DNA of 64,000 nucleotides from Chitinophaga pinensis (GTDB lineage: Bacteria > Bacteroidota > Bacteroidia > AKYH767-A > OLB10). The stretch is from contig CALQOD010000001.1 of NCBI GenBank assembly GCA_943332105.1, forward strand, positions 6,615 through 70,614, read 5' to 3'. The translations under genes were made by a program, and so were the position numbers. Position 1 is the stretch's first letter; the number at the start of each line of letters is the position of its first letter. Under the pieces are notes generated by a model. It was not told the DNA's origin, ran no database searches, and saw nothing but the letters and a program-made list of their open reading frames with translations. Of this stretch, positions 1 to 9,521 are shown piece by piece.

Positions 1-152
1 CGATCGCATGGAATCAGGTTGTGCGAAATCTTTTTTCATGGCAATTAATAAATGTTATACTAATTATACTTATTCGACGTTAGGTGAAAATATTATTATC
101 ACCAACCTAGATAAATTATAACCTTAACAACTTTAATTCCCTGAATTTTTAA

Positions 153-797
153 ATGAAAAGACCAATCATCTTATCTGTTTCTATTATTTCGATTTTAGCC
201 TACTTACAAATATCACAAATCGAAAATGATACTTTACATTATCCAAATAATCAAAAATTAATTGATGAGCTAACTGGAGACGCCCCGTTAGATGAGGCAC
301 CCATAGAAGACAACGATTTCTATTCGGAGTATGATTGGAAAATATCAAAGAATGAAACCTCATTTATGATGACCATGAAAACGCCATTTGCAAGAGAAAA
401 AAACGACACAACAGAAAACTTTATCGTTGCTATTTCAAAACAAAAAGGTAAAACTTTTAGCCCTAAAGTTGAATTCATCGTACCCTCGTCTATAGAAATA
501 AATGATGGAATTGATTTGCAATTTGCACAATTCACAACCACCGATGATAAAGACACTATAATTGCTGATAGCGATGGACCAGTACATCTCGATTTAAAAA
601 GCAATCCTAACAAAACAATTTCAGCTATCCTACCAGAAGGGAAAACAAAATCATCAAGTGGTAATGATTACGACTTTATCAAAAAATGTAGTGCATATAA
701 TCAACTGATGATTGTATTTCATTATAAAGATAGTAAGCAGAAAAGCATAATGCTTCAAATGATCACTTTTACAGAGAACTATAGGAAAATTGAATAA
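153..797 (+). CDS. hypothetical exported protein
   Basis: 214-aa ORF with hydrophobic N-terminus MKRPIILSVSIISILAYL; no family motif recognised. Confidence 0.5.
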   Translation: MKRPIILSVSIISILAYLQISQIENDTLHYPNNQKLIDELTGDAPLDEAPIEDNDFYSEYDWKISKNETSFMMTMKTPFAREKNDTTENFIVAISKQKGKTFSPKVEFIVPSSIEINDGIDLQFAQFTTTDDKDTIIADSDGPVHLDLKSNPNKTISAILPEGKTKSSSGNDYDFIKKCSAYNQLMIVFHYKDSKQKSIMLQMITFTENYRKIE

Positions 798-918
798 GTG
801 ATAATTTAAAAATGTTTTTTTATTAAAATCATCACGTTACATTTCTAATTTAATTCAAATATTTCTAAGTAATTTTTTGAACCTTACTTATTATTTATAC
901 ATCAAAACTTCTTTTGAT

Positions 919-947
919 AGCTGCTATTTTTACTAAAAATAACAGCT
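919..947 (+). terminator. possible intrinsic terminator hairpin (13 bp stem, 1 mismatch) followed by T-rich tract
   Basis: agctgctattttt/act/aaaaataacagct then cttatttta; lies about 120 nt after the stop of 153..797. Confidence 0.3.
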
Positions 948-1134
948 CTTATTTTATTAACAATCAAACAATTACGCTATTTATTTTTTTGCAACTCCAA
1001 TCAATGAAGTAATGTTAATAATATTTTTTTTAATAATTACGAATAATGTATTTAACAAATTATCTTTAAATAAGCGAAGATGGTTAACCGAACCACTATA
1101 AAAACTGGAGTTATCTGAAAATCCTTAAGAGTAA

Positions 1135-1158
1135 GAAAAACTAAAACTAAAACTAAAT
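1135..1158 (+). repeat. short hexanucleotide tandem repeat (gaaaaa ctaaaa ctaaaa ctaaat) ending 4 nt before the start codon of 1163..3112
   Basis: read directly from sequence; two perfect and two imperfect units. Confidence 0.5.
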
Positions 1159-1162
1159 TAAT

Positions 1163-3112
1163 ATGGAAAAAATGGTACTATTACTATTAAGCATGCCAAT
1201 CTTAATTGTCATGCCAATTATTGGCTTTATTATTTCCAAATGGTTGAATGAGGAACCCAAAGGACTTGTTAAGTATGATGTGATGTCAAATCAAGTTAGC
1301 CAAAATCCATCATGGCACTTACCAATTGTTGTTATTGGATACCTCCTTTCATTTCTAATTAATGTTTTAGTTTATAGTATTTATGCCATTTCATTTTTAC
1401 TGGCAAAACTAACTGAACTTGCAAAATGGGTTTATAATAATATCATCAAGCATATCTGGAATATTATTGTTCTTATATCGACAATGATTTGGGATGTTGT
1501 GATTATGCTTGTTAATATATTTATAGAATATTTGATTAAAATACCAATTTCAATTTTAATTAAAGTCATCAATAAAGTCCCTTTCACGTTAAAATGGAGC
1601 AACTACTTAAGCACTTACAAAATAATTGCAATCAGTTCAATTTTCTCAGGATTATTAATATTCACTGGGTATCTTTTAGGTAATGACCTTATTGGTAAAA
1701 TAGGCTCTCCATTTGTTTTTGCAATCGCTCTTACTTGGATTGTTGGAAAAGTTTCTTTCGGAAATAATGATAATGGAAAAAAAGCAGCATTATTTGCTTT
1801 AGGCGTAATTGGGATAATTTCAGCAATTGCCATTATTGTCTTTTCGACTAACCAACTTGATCAAATACTTAATTGGGGAGGACCTATAACAGGGATTTTA
1901 TATTCACCATCAGTCTTTATAATTGTTGTAGCAATCATCCTGATACTTACAGTAGTATTTATCACTAATGCCGGTGCAATCTATATAAATCAAGAAGGGA
2001 ACAATAATAATTTCAAACAAAACCTAAAAGGTGTAATTAACCAATCATTTAATCGTAGTTGGTTGTTTATATTACAACCACTACATGCATTATCAGTAAG
2101 CCTGTTTATTATTATTATACCAGCGTTCCTGCTATATATTAGTTCAAGTACTTTAAGTAAGTCTATTGTAGCGCCCACAATAAACAATAAGACTAATGCA
2201 CTATTAAAAGAAAAAGATGAGTTAAAAATCAAAAGTAATCTTATTGATGACACAGAAATCACTCAAGCTGATTTTGATAAATCAATAGAAGATATCAAAA
2301 GAAAAAATAAACTTGAGATCAACATAGAAGAAAACAACAGATTGACTTCTTATTTCAATTCAATAATGAGTTCTGGAGTTTATTATAAGTTAAAACCAAT
2401 AATGACTTTTAAAGCGATCGATAACAAAATAGATGCTTTAAAAGAAAATAAATCAAAAACTGAAAAAGAAAAAACTACCATGATTAAGGTAGTCCAAAAC
2501 AATATACAGTCTCAGCTGAGTTATTTTGGAAGCGAAAATGAATCAATTAAAAAATTGCAAATGATGAAGCCAAGGGTTGAGAAATACTACAACACTCAGA
2601 TTTCCTGTATAGATGAACAAATTGCTCAGGAGAGTTCAAATAAAAACTGGTACTCGATGACTTATTTCTTTATTATTATCGGAAGTGGATTGTTGTTTTC
2701 ATTTTTATTATCGCTATTTGCCAACATTTATGCGGCTAGTGTCTTACCTGTATATGAAATGTGGAAGTCAAGCTATATAGTGAATAAGTTCTCTGAATCA
2801 AAAGCAAAAAATGAGCACCAGCCTTGGGTTGGACTAATATTACTGGGGACTATGTTTTTCATTTTGGTACTAACTGGTTCAATCAAGGGTTTTATTAAGA
2901 ATAAATTAAACAATCGAAATTCAAACATTGAAAATATGCAGAATAGCGAAGTTGAAAATACAATGAACACCCCTATTGATAATAATGAATACTCGGACGC
3001 ACCTGAAGTAAATACTGCTATAGAATCTTCTTACGATCAGCAAAGTGATCAGGATTATTCTTCTGAACAAGAAAAACAGGACAGTTACCTTTCCGAACCT
3101 CAAAATGATTAA
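1163..3112 (+). CDS. large polytopic membrane protein with central coiled-coil-like K/E-rich segment and acidic S/D/Q-rich tail; no recognisable family
   Basis: 649-aa ORF; roughly 9-10 hydrophobic helices; segment KEKDELKIKSNLIDD...KTEKEKTT; C-terminal tail SSYDQQSDQDYSSEQEKQDSYLSEPQND. Confidence 0.6.
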   Translation: MEKMVLLLLSMPILIVMPIIGFIISKWLNEEPKGLVKYDVMSNQVSQNPSWHLPIVVIGYLLSFLINVLVYSIYAISFLLAKLTELAKWVYNNIIKHIWNIIVLISTMIWDVVIMLVNIFIEYLIKIPISILIKVINKVPFTLKWSNYLSTYKIIAISSIFSGLLIFTGYLLGNDLIGKIGSPFVFAIALTWIVGKVSFGNNDNGKKAALFALGVIGIISAIAIIVFSTNQLDQILNWGGPITGILYSPSVFIIVVAIILILTVVFITNAGAIYINQEGNNNNFKQNLKGVINQSFNRSWLFILQPLHALSVSLFIIIIPAFLLYISSSTLSKSIVAPTINNKTNALLKEKDELKIKSNLIDDTEITQADFDKSIEDIKRKNKLEINIEENNRLTSYFNSIMSSGVYYKLKPIMTFKAIDNKIDALKENKSKTEKEKTTMIKVVQNNIQSQLSYFGSENESIKKLQMMKPRVEKYYNTQISCIDEQIAQESSNKNWYSMTYFFIIIGSGLLFSFLLSLFANIYAASVLPVYEMWKSSYIVNKFSESKAKNEHQPWVGLILLGTMFFILVLTGSIKGFIKNKLNNRNSNIENMQNSEVENTMNTPIDNNEYSDAPEVNTAIESSYDQQSDQDYSSEQEKQDSYLSEPQND

Positions 3113-3127
3113 GATTAATTTAGCAAT

Positions 3128-3157
3128 GAAAAAGGAGGTTAAACAACCTCCTTTTTC
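3128..3157. terminator. bidirectional intrinsic terminator between 1163..3112 and prfC
   Basis: perfect 13-bp stem gaaaaaggaggtt/aacctcctttttc, 4-nt loop, A/T runs on both sides. Confidence 0.8.
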
Positions 3158-3212
3158 ATTTAAATAATTTAATTAAAGCTATTACATTTATAACAATAGC
3201 AACTTCTCGATT

Positions 3213-4808
3213 TCATATATTAACAGTTTTCCTTTTAAACTCACTTGTAAAATGGAATTCAACCTCTGGATGATTCTTGATCATCTGATCTAACATCCAC
3301 TGTGAGTCGGCGAGATAAACTAGTAAGCCGTCTTTATCAATTGCTACTTGATGTTGTCTGAACTTTACAAATTCATCAAGCTTACTTTTATCAGAAGAGG
3401 TAACCCAGCAAGCCTTGTAAACATTCATCGCATTGAACTTACAAGAAGCACCATATTCATGTTGTAAACGATATTGAATAACTTCAAACTGAAGTTCTCC
3501 TACTGTACCTACAATTTTACGAGTGCCACCGCCCATAATAAATAACTGCGCAACACCTTCGTCCGTTAACTGCGTAATACCTTTATCCAATTGCTTTGTC
3601 TTCATCGGATCAGTATTAATCAACTCCTTGAAAATCTCAGGAGAGAAACTTGGTATACCCTGAAACATCAAATTCTCTCCCTCAGTCAGCGTATCGCCAA
3701 TTTTGAAGTTACCTGAATCATACAACCCAATAACATCGCCAGGATAAGCTTCATCAATAATGCTTTTACTCTGCCCTAAGAACGTTGCAGGATTATTAAA
3801 ACGCATGTCTTTATCTAAACGCACATGATGATAAAACTTACTTCGTTCAAACTTCCCACTGCATACGCGCAAGAATGCAATACGGTCGCGGTGACGAGGA
3901 TCTAAGTTCGCATGAATTTTAAAAACGAATCCTGAGAATTTATTTTCCGTTGGTAACACTTCGCGCGTGTCTGATGGTCGTGTACCTGGATTAGGAGCAA
4001 TCTCAATAAATGTATCTAGCATTTCTTTTACTCCGAAGTTATTTATAGCAGACCCAAAAAACACAGGAGCTATCTCCGCTGATAAATACGTGGAGCGATC
4101 AAAATCACCATAAACACCTTCGATCAAATCTACATCTTCACGAAGTTGCGTTGCATATTGCCCTGCTAACTGATCAATCATCGGATCATTCAAATCAGTA
4201 ATTGCGACACCCTCTGGTTTCTTGTCACTACCCGGAGTGAAAGTATACAAGCTCTTATCAAATAAATTATAAACGCCTTTAAATGTTGAACCAACACTAA
4301 TCGGCCAACTCAGCGGACGAACTTTAATTTTTAATTTCTCTTCTAACTCATCCAACAAATCAAAAGGATACTTTCCTTCACGATCCATTTTATTAACAAA
4401 AATAATTACCGGCGTGTCACGCATACGGCAAACTTCCATTAGCTTATACGTTTGCTCCTCTACTCCCTTCTGACAATCGATAACAAGAATTACAGAGTCA
4501 ACAGCAGTAAGAGTACGATATGTATCCTCCGCGAAGTCTTTGTGACCAGGAGTATCCAAAAGTGTTATCAGCGTATTATTATATTCGAAATTCATTACAG
4601 AAGTCGCAACGGAGATCCCTCTTTGTCGCTCTATCTCCATAAAGTCGGAAGTTGCACTCTTTTTTATCTTATTCGACTTCACTGCACCCGCTGTCAGAAT
4701 AGCACCACCAAACAAGAGGAATTTCTCTGTTAAAGTAGTTTTTCCAGCATCGGGGTGACTGATGATAGCGAAAGTTCTGCGCTTCTGAATTTCCTGATTT
4801 ACACTCAT
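3213..4808 (-). CDS. prfC: peptide chain release factor 3 (GTPase)
   Basis: G1 [13 protein letters not shown]3 DTPGH, G4 NKMD; 531 aa, colinear with RF3. Confidence 0.96.
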   Translation of the reverse strand: MSVNQEIQKRRTFAIISHPDAGKTTLTEKFLLFGGAILTAGAVKSNKIKKSATSDFMEIERQRGISVATSVMNFEYNNTLITLLDTPGHKDFAEDTYRTLTAVDSVILVIDCQKGVEEQTYKLMEVCRMRDTPVIIFVNKMDREGKYPFDLLDELEEKLKIKVRPLSWPISVGSTFKGVYNLFDKSLYTFTPGSDKKPEGVAITDLNDPMIDQLAGQYATQLREDVDLIEGVYGDFDRSTYLSAEIAPVFFGSAINNFGVKEMLDTFIEIAPNPGTRPSDTREVLPTENKFSGFVFKIHANLDPRHRDRIAFLRVCSGKFERSKFYHHVRLDKDMRFNNPATFLGQSKSIIDEAYPGDVIGLYDSGNFKIGDTLTEGENLMFQGIPSFSPEIFKELINTDPMKTKQLDKGITQLTDEGVAQLFIMGGGTRKIVGTVGELQFEVIQYRLQHEYGASCKFNAMNVYKACWVTSSDKSKLDEFVKFRQHQVAIDKDGLLVYLADSQWMLDQMIKNHPEVEFHFTSEFKRKTVNI

Positions 4809-4824
4809 ACCATTAATTGAGGGG

Positions 4825-4832
4825 CAAATTTA
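4825..4832 (-). promoter_or_regulatory. Bacteroidetes -7 promoter box TAAATTTG, 16 nt upstream of prfC ATG
   Basis: exact match to TAnnTTTG on the coding strand of prfC. Confidence 0.45.
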
Positions 4833-4869
4833 CAATTTGTTAGGCACAATGCCATTCAACTGCAATGAT

Positions 4870-4877
4870 TATCTTTG
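4870..4877 (+). promoter_or_regulatory. -7 promoter box TATCTTTG, 18 nt upstream of ATG 4896
   Basis: exact TAnnTTTG; the TTG start used by the ORF track (4875) lies inside this box, which favours ATG 4896. Confidence 0.45.
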
Positions 4878-4895
4878 AACTTCAATTTTGAACCT

Positions 4896-5453
4896 ATGAA
4901 AAATTTATCGATTGCCTTAAATGTCGTTTTATTATTTGCCGTTGGATTTTTGTACTATAAAGTTTACAGTTCTGAAGATACTACTCCTGTTATTTCAGGT
5001 CAGGCAGCACAATCGAAAATAGTGTATGTAAATTCTGATTCGTTAATGGAAAATTATCCGTTGTATCAAACGATAAAAAAATCGATGGAGAAAAAGCGTG
5101 ACAGTTTAGACTTAGTGTTTCGTCAGCGAGGAGAAACACTTCAAAAAGAAATCGAAAATTATCAGCAAACAGGTGCTATGCTTTCAGAAGGTGATCGTGC
5201 AAAGAAAGAAGAAGATTTAACTCGCAGACAACAAGCTTATGTAAGTGATCGCGATGCTACGTTAGAGAAATTATCAAAGGAAGAAGATAACATGACCGAT
5301 AGCTTACATAACGAACTAATGACGTATGTGAAGTCTTTTAATAAGAAGCATGGTTATGATTTTATCTTCGGATATACACGCGGAGGTGGCATCTTGTACA
5401 CGAATGATTCTTTAAATATCACCCAAGCGTTAACAAAAGGATTTAAGAAGTAA
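4896..5453 (+). CDS. OmpH/Skp-family periplasmic chaperone
   Basis: signal-anchor then coiled-coil K/E/Q-rich body, about 185 aa, typical OmpH layout; start moved to the first ATG. Confidence 0.8.
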   Translation: MKNLSIALNVVLLFAVGFLYYKVYSSEDTTPVISGQAAQSKIVYVNSDSLMENYPLYQTIKKSMEKKRDSLDLVFRQRGETLQKEIENYQQTGAMLSEGDRAKKEEDLTRRQQAYVSDRDATLEKLSKEEDNMTDSLHNELMTYVKSFNKKHGYDFIFGYTRGGGILYTNDSLNITQALTKGFKK

Positions 5454-6080
5454 TTATTTACTTACTGATTGAACAGGCAACTGACCACTTTCAATTTGCC
5501 TCACAATTTGTTCAATCATTTGATCTTGTCCTTCGGCTTCGTATTCCGTTTTAAGATTAGAACCAAACAAGCGAGCTAGTCCTTGCCAAAAGAATGCTTG
5601 CAGAGAACCACGTAGCTCTTTTACCAATGAATAACTACTGCTTCCTGTTTCACGGTCAATGAGTTTAATTAAAATCCGACCTTGCGTCAAAGTCAATTTT
5701 TTCAACTCTTGCTCGAACTGATCTTTTAACTCTCGCTCTGTCTCTTTAATAAATCTTTTCTTCTGACGTTCGTTGGTCATTGTAGCAACCTGATCGTTTA
5801 TATATTTCAACTTAGTAGAAGCTAATTTTGCATAAGGATAAACACGAATTATATCACGACGTAATTTTAAATACGCTTGTTGTCGCGCAGCAGCTTCGGG
5901 AGATAAAGGAGCAACAATTTCTACTCCTACTAAATAAACAGTTGGAATCGTATCACCATTAATAATGGTTCCTAATAATTTAATTCTGCCATCAGGCATT
6001 ACCGTTTGCGCTTTGCTAAATAACGAAATCGCAGCTAAAAGTAGCGTTAGAAAAATCCGATGACAACAAACAGTTTTCAA
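5454..6080 (-). CDS. DUF4294-like exported protein
   Basis: signal peptide; ...AYLKLRRDIIRVYPYAKLA... region recalled as DUF4294; 13 nt downstream of accC. Confidence 0.6.
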   Translation of the reverse strand: MKTVCCHRIFLTLLLAAISLFSKAQTVMPDGRIKLLGTIINGDTIPTVYLVGVEIVAPLSPEAAARQQAYLKLRRDIIRVYPYAKLASTKLKYINDQVATMTNERQKKRFIKETERELKDQFEQELKKLTLTQGRILIKLIDRETGSSSYSLVKELRGSLQAFFWQGLARLFGSNLKTEYEAEGQDQMIEQIVRQIESGQLPVQSVSK

Positions 6081-6093
6081 TTGTGGCTGAATT

Positions 6094-7593
6094 TTAATTT
6101 AACCTATTCAGCTTCCATTTAGAAACGGAACCTGTATTTGTTTGTTGTGATAAAAGTGTATTTTTTTTCGCAGCCGACTTCTGTAAATGATGCGCCATCA
6201 TTGCTAAAACAGTTGACTCATCATCGGTAGGGTTTTCAATTAACACTTCTGGCGTAAAATAATGCTTCACAAAATGCGTATCGAAATTTCCACTACGGAA
6301 GGCATCATGCTTCATTACAAATTTGCAGAATGCTAATGTTGTCTGACAACCTACAATCGTATATTCATCAATCGCGCGAATCATACGGTCCATTGCCTGT
6401 TCACGATTCTCACCCCAAACAACTAATTTAGCAATCATCGGATCATAATAAATCGGAATATCCATTCCCTCTTCAAATCCGTCATCTACCCGTACACCAG
6501 CGCCTTGTGGACGAACATAACGTACTAACTTTCCAATATCCGGCAAGAAATTATTGGCAGGATCTTCAGCATATACACGTACTTCTATTGAATGTCCGTT
6601 GATACTTAAATCATCTTGCGTAAATGATAACTTCTCCCCTTGCGCGACTAATATTTGCTCCTTCACTAAATCTTTTCCTGTAATCATTTCCGTTACCGGA
6701 TGTTCTACCTGCAAGCGCGTATTCATCTCCAGGAAATAGAAATTTTTATTTTCATCCAAAAGAAACTCTACCGTACCCGCACCTACGTAATTACATGCTT
6801 TTGCAACCATCACCGCACACTCTCCCATGGCCTTTCTGATTTCAGGCGTAAGAACAGAACTTGGCGCTTCTTCTACTACCTTCTGATGGCGACGTTGTAC
6901 CGAACATTCACGCTCAAATAAATAAACAACATTTCCATGTGAATCTCCTAATACTTGAATTTCAATATGACGAGGTGAGCCAACATAACGCTCAATAAAA
7001 ACAGAACCATCGCCGAAAGCAGATTGCGCTTCACTAACTGCGCGCTGCAGATTCTCTTCAAACTGTTCTACCTTCTCTACGATACGCATTCCTTTTCCAC
7101 CACCACCAGCAGATGCTTTAATTAATATCGGAAATCCAACTTGAGCAGCTACCTTTTTCGCTTCTTCCACATCCGTAATTGCATAATCGGTACCAGGCAC
7201 TAAAGGAATATTATACTTTTTAGCCGCAGCTTTCGCAGATAACTTATCACCCATCATTTCCATCGACTCAGGTGAGGGACCGATAAGCGTAATATTTGCC
7301 TCACGTAAAGCACGCGCAAAAGAAGCATTCTCACTTAAAAATCCATAGCCTGGATGTATTGCTTGAGCTCCTGTTTTTTTAGCGGCATCAATAATCTTAT
7401 CCATTACCAGATAACTTTGATTGGATGCTGCAGGACCGATACAAACGGCTTCATCAGCATAACGCACATGTAAAGCATCTCGGTCTGCTTCTGAATAAAC
7501 AGCAACCGTTTTGATTCCCATTTCACTCGCCGAACGCATAATACGCAAGGCGATTTCTCCTCTATTCGCAATTAATATTTTCGTAAATTTCAT
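6094..7593 (-). CDS. accC: biotin carboxylase subunit of an acetyl/acyl-CoA carboxylase
   Basis: KILIANRGEIA, GGGGKGMR glycine loop, EMNTRLQVEHPVTE; 499 aa. Confidence 0.95.
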   Translation of the reverse strand: MKFTKILIANRGEIALRIMRSASEMGIKTVAVYSEADRDALHVRYADEAVCIGPAASNQSYLVMDKIIDAAKKTGAQAIHPGYGFLSENASFARALREANITLIGPSPESMEMMGDKLSAKAAAKKYNIPLVPGTDYAITDVEEAKKVAAQVGFPILIKASAGGGGKGMRIVEKVEQFEENLQRAVSEAQSAFGDGSVFIERYVGSPRHIEIQVLGDSHGNVVYLFERECSVQRRHQKVVEEAPSSVLTPEIRKAMGECAVMVAKACNYVGAGTVEFLLDENKNFYFLEMNTRLQVEHPVTEMITGKDLVKEQILVAQGEKLSFTQDDLSINGHSIEVRVYAEDPANNFLPDIGKLVRYVRPQGAGVRVDDGFEEGMDIPIYYDPMIAKLVVWGENREQAMDRMIRAIDEYTIVGCQTTLAFCKFVMKHDAFRSGNFDTHFVKHYFTPEVLIENPTDDESTVLAMMAHHLQKSAAKKNTLLSQQTNTGSVSKWKLNRLN

Positions 7594-7612
7594 TAAACAC
7601 CAATTTGGAATT

Positions 7613-7620
7613 CAAAGATA
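7613..7620 (-). promoter_or_regulatory. -7 promoter box TATCTTTG, 19 nt upstream of accC ATG
   Basis: exact TAnnTTTG on accC strand. Confidence 0.45.
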
Positions 7621-7726
7621 ATAATTATCGACTTCAAATTTCTTTAATTAGTCGTAATGAACAACTCATAATTCTGCTAATACGGATTAAATCTATTCGA
7701 TGACTAAAGTTTCTTTAAAATCGCAA

Positions 7727-8116
7727 TTAAGCCCTGCGTTTCATTTTTTGCAGAACATAAGGCCTTGGTCGCTGAGGTCCTCCAGCATTAAAATGTAATG
7801 TGTTAGGAGGAAGTTTTTCATTGATTGCATCATCATGTTGGCTAACACAGAAATATTGAAAGTGCGGGTTTAGAGTATCTAGCAATTCTTGTAATCCTGC
7901 CGTTTCGTTTTGCAGATAACAATTTGTCCAGAATACAGGAATTAAATATTGACTAACTTGCTTACCTCTTTTTAAAAATTCAGAAAAGAAGTGTTCTTCA
8001 AGATACATTCCTTAGTGATATGGAGGATATGAACATCCAGTATATTTTGGTCGGAACTTCTCAAATTTTTCAAAAAGTTCAATCTGATAATTATCAAAGT
8101 CTTGCATAAAGCGCAT
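7727..8116 (-). pseudogene. disrupted gene of unknown family (possibly sugar-modifying enzyme N-terminus) with in-frame TAA at 8012..8014 and premature end
   Basis: frame reads MRFMQDFDNYQIELFEKFEKFRPKYTGCSYPPYH-stop-GMYLEEHFFSEFL...HFNAGGPQRPRPYVLQKMKRRA; the ATG at 8114..8116 overlaps the FkbM 3' end; only about 130 codons. Confidence 0.5.
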
Positions 8117-8708
8117 TACCCCAACTATCTCCTTCCCAAGTTGTTAATATTCTAAAGAAACCAGATTCTACTAAATGAGAATCTAAATCAGATACTCTTG
8201 CACAATTTTCATACATCTCTTCTAAATTAACCTCACAGATAATAAAATTGATATTATTGTTTAGCAGATTTTTTGCTCCCAAGAAAACCTCTAATTCATA
8301 ACCCTGAACATCAACCACTAATACATCAAAATCCTCTGGATTCTTAATATCTTCATCTAACGTAATAATTTTGCATGTTTCTTTTTTATCGAAAACGATT
8401 TTTGGATATTGCTCTAGGTGTTTTTTGGGTTTGAGAACAGAAGAGGATTGTCCATAATTCGCGCTTTCTACATAGAGTTCTACTTCGCCAGAGATGCTCC
8501 CAACAGCTTTCTTTCTACAATCTACTGAATACCCATGAGTATCAAAAAGGACTTTAAAGCATGAATCTAACGGTTCATAAACTACAACGTTTTTTGTAAT
8601 CTTGTCTAAGTAAAAAGGAATCTCTTGACCGAAATGACCGCCGACATGAATGATGCCTTTGCATTTTGGTTTAGATTTATCGAAAATGTGTCCTAATGCT
8701 CCTACCAT
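8094..8708 (-). CDS. FkbM-family SAM-dependent methyltransferase
   Basis: IIHVGGHFGQE...VVVYEPL...VLVVDVQGYELEVFLGA layout matches the Methyltransf_21/FkbM pattern. Confidence 0.75.
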   Translation of the reverse strand: MVGALGHIFDKSKPKCKGIIHVGGHFGQEIPFYLDKITKNVVVYEPLDSCFKVLFDTHGYSVDCRKKAVGSISGEVELYVESANYGQSSSVLKPKKHLEQYPKIVFDKKETCKIITLDEDIKNPEDFDVLVVDVQGYELEVFLGAKNLLNNNINFIICEVNLEEMYENCARVSDLDSHLVESGFFRILTTWEGDSWGNALYARL

Positions 8709-8884
8709 GTTTTTAGTTCTTCGTATTTTTCTATAATTTTTTTACCAGACTCTGTTTGTGGAAGAAGGAAACCAAAAATGAAACTCTTCAATGGTTTACT
8801 ATGTCCACACTCAACAAAAGAGTGGAAATGGAAAGATGAAACTGGGTGACCATCAAAAAGTATATTATCTCTAAAGATACTAAA
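8702..8884 (-). pseudogene. start-less 60-codon open frame (gene remnant) overlapping the FkbM start
   Basis: frame opens right after a TAA: FSIFRDNILFDGHPVSSFHFHSFVECGHSKPLKSFIFGFLLPQTESGKKIIEKYEELKTW-stop; no Met or alternative start. Confidence 0.3.
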
Positions 8885-8915
8885 TTAATTGATCCTGTTC
8901 TTTTTAATATCGCTA

Positions 8916-9398
8916 TTAAATCTCCACCAACCCATATTGTGATTGATTGGTTTGCTCTAGGGCGGCATGAGCCTGAGAAAAATAGTAGTAAACTGTTTTA
9001 ATATCTCTATCCCAAGCATACTTATGGATGGCAAGAATATCTTTTTTAGTATAATTCGGGCGATTTACCAAATTTAAGCTTTGAGACATATCAATAAAGG
9101 GTTGTCTGTCTGCTGCAAGATCAATAATATCTTTTGGAGATATTTCTGAAAATGTTTTACAAACAGCTTTTTCTTTATCACTTAAGAAATCTAGATGTTT
9201 AACAGAACCTAAGTTATTCAAGATAGAATCCCAAACTTCAACAGTATCCTTTCCTTTTTCTTTTAGTTTTTTAGTTAAATATTTGCTTCTAAAGGTAGAT
9301 TCAATTCCAGCCAATGACTTTACGAAGTAGTTGCTGAAGAAAGGCTCAATACCAAGTGATGTTTTACCCATTAAAAATGAAGTAGATTTGTCAGGGAG
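8916..9398 (-). pseudogene. 5'-truncated ribonucleotide reductase large subunit (only the C-terminal ~160 codons)
   Basis: LPDKSTSFLMGKTSLGIEPFFSNYF, DRQPFIDMSQSLNL and KTVYYYF align with the conserved C-terminal blocks of class I RNR alpha; the frame opens directly after a TAA. Confidence 0.7.
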
Positions 9399-9521
9399 TT
9401 AATAAATGGCAATTACCGGATAATTTACAAATTAAATAAGTCACACGTGAAGATTATAAGAATCCATAATTCTTCACGAAGAATCAAGTAATAAACAATA
9501 ATTCGGTATTAGTTTTTTATT

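Noticed and set aside
1-39. Possible 5' end of a minus-strand gene (ATG at 37..39, MKKDFAQPDSMRS...) running off the window
   Set aside because: Only 13 codons are visible. That is too short to call or to assign.
3213-4808. Programmed frameshift of the kind known for release factor genes
   Set aside because: That mechanism applies to prfB (RF2). This gene is prfC (RF3) and is one uninterrupted ORF.
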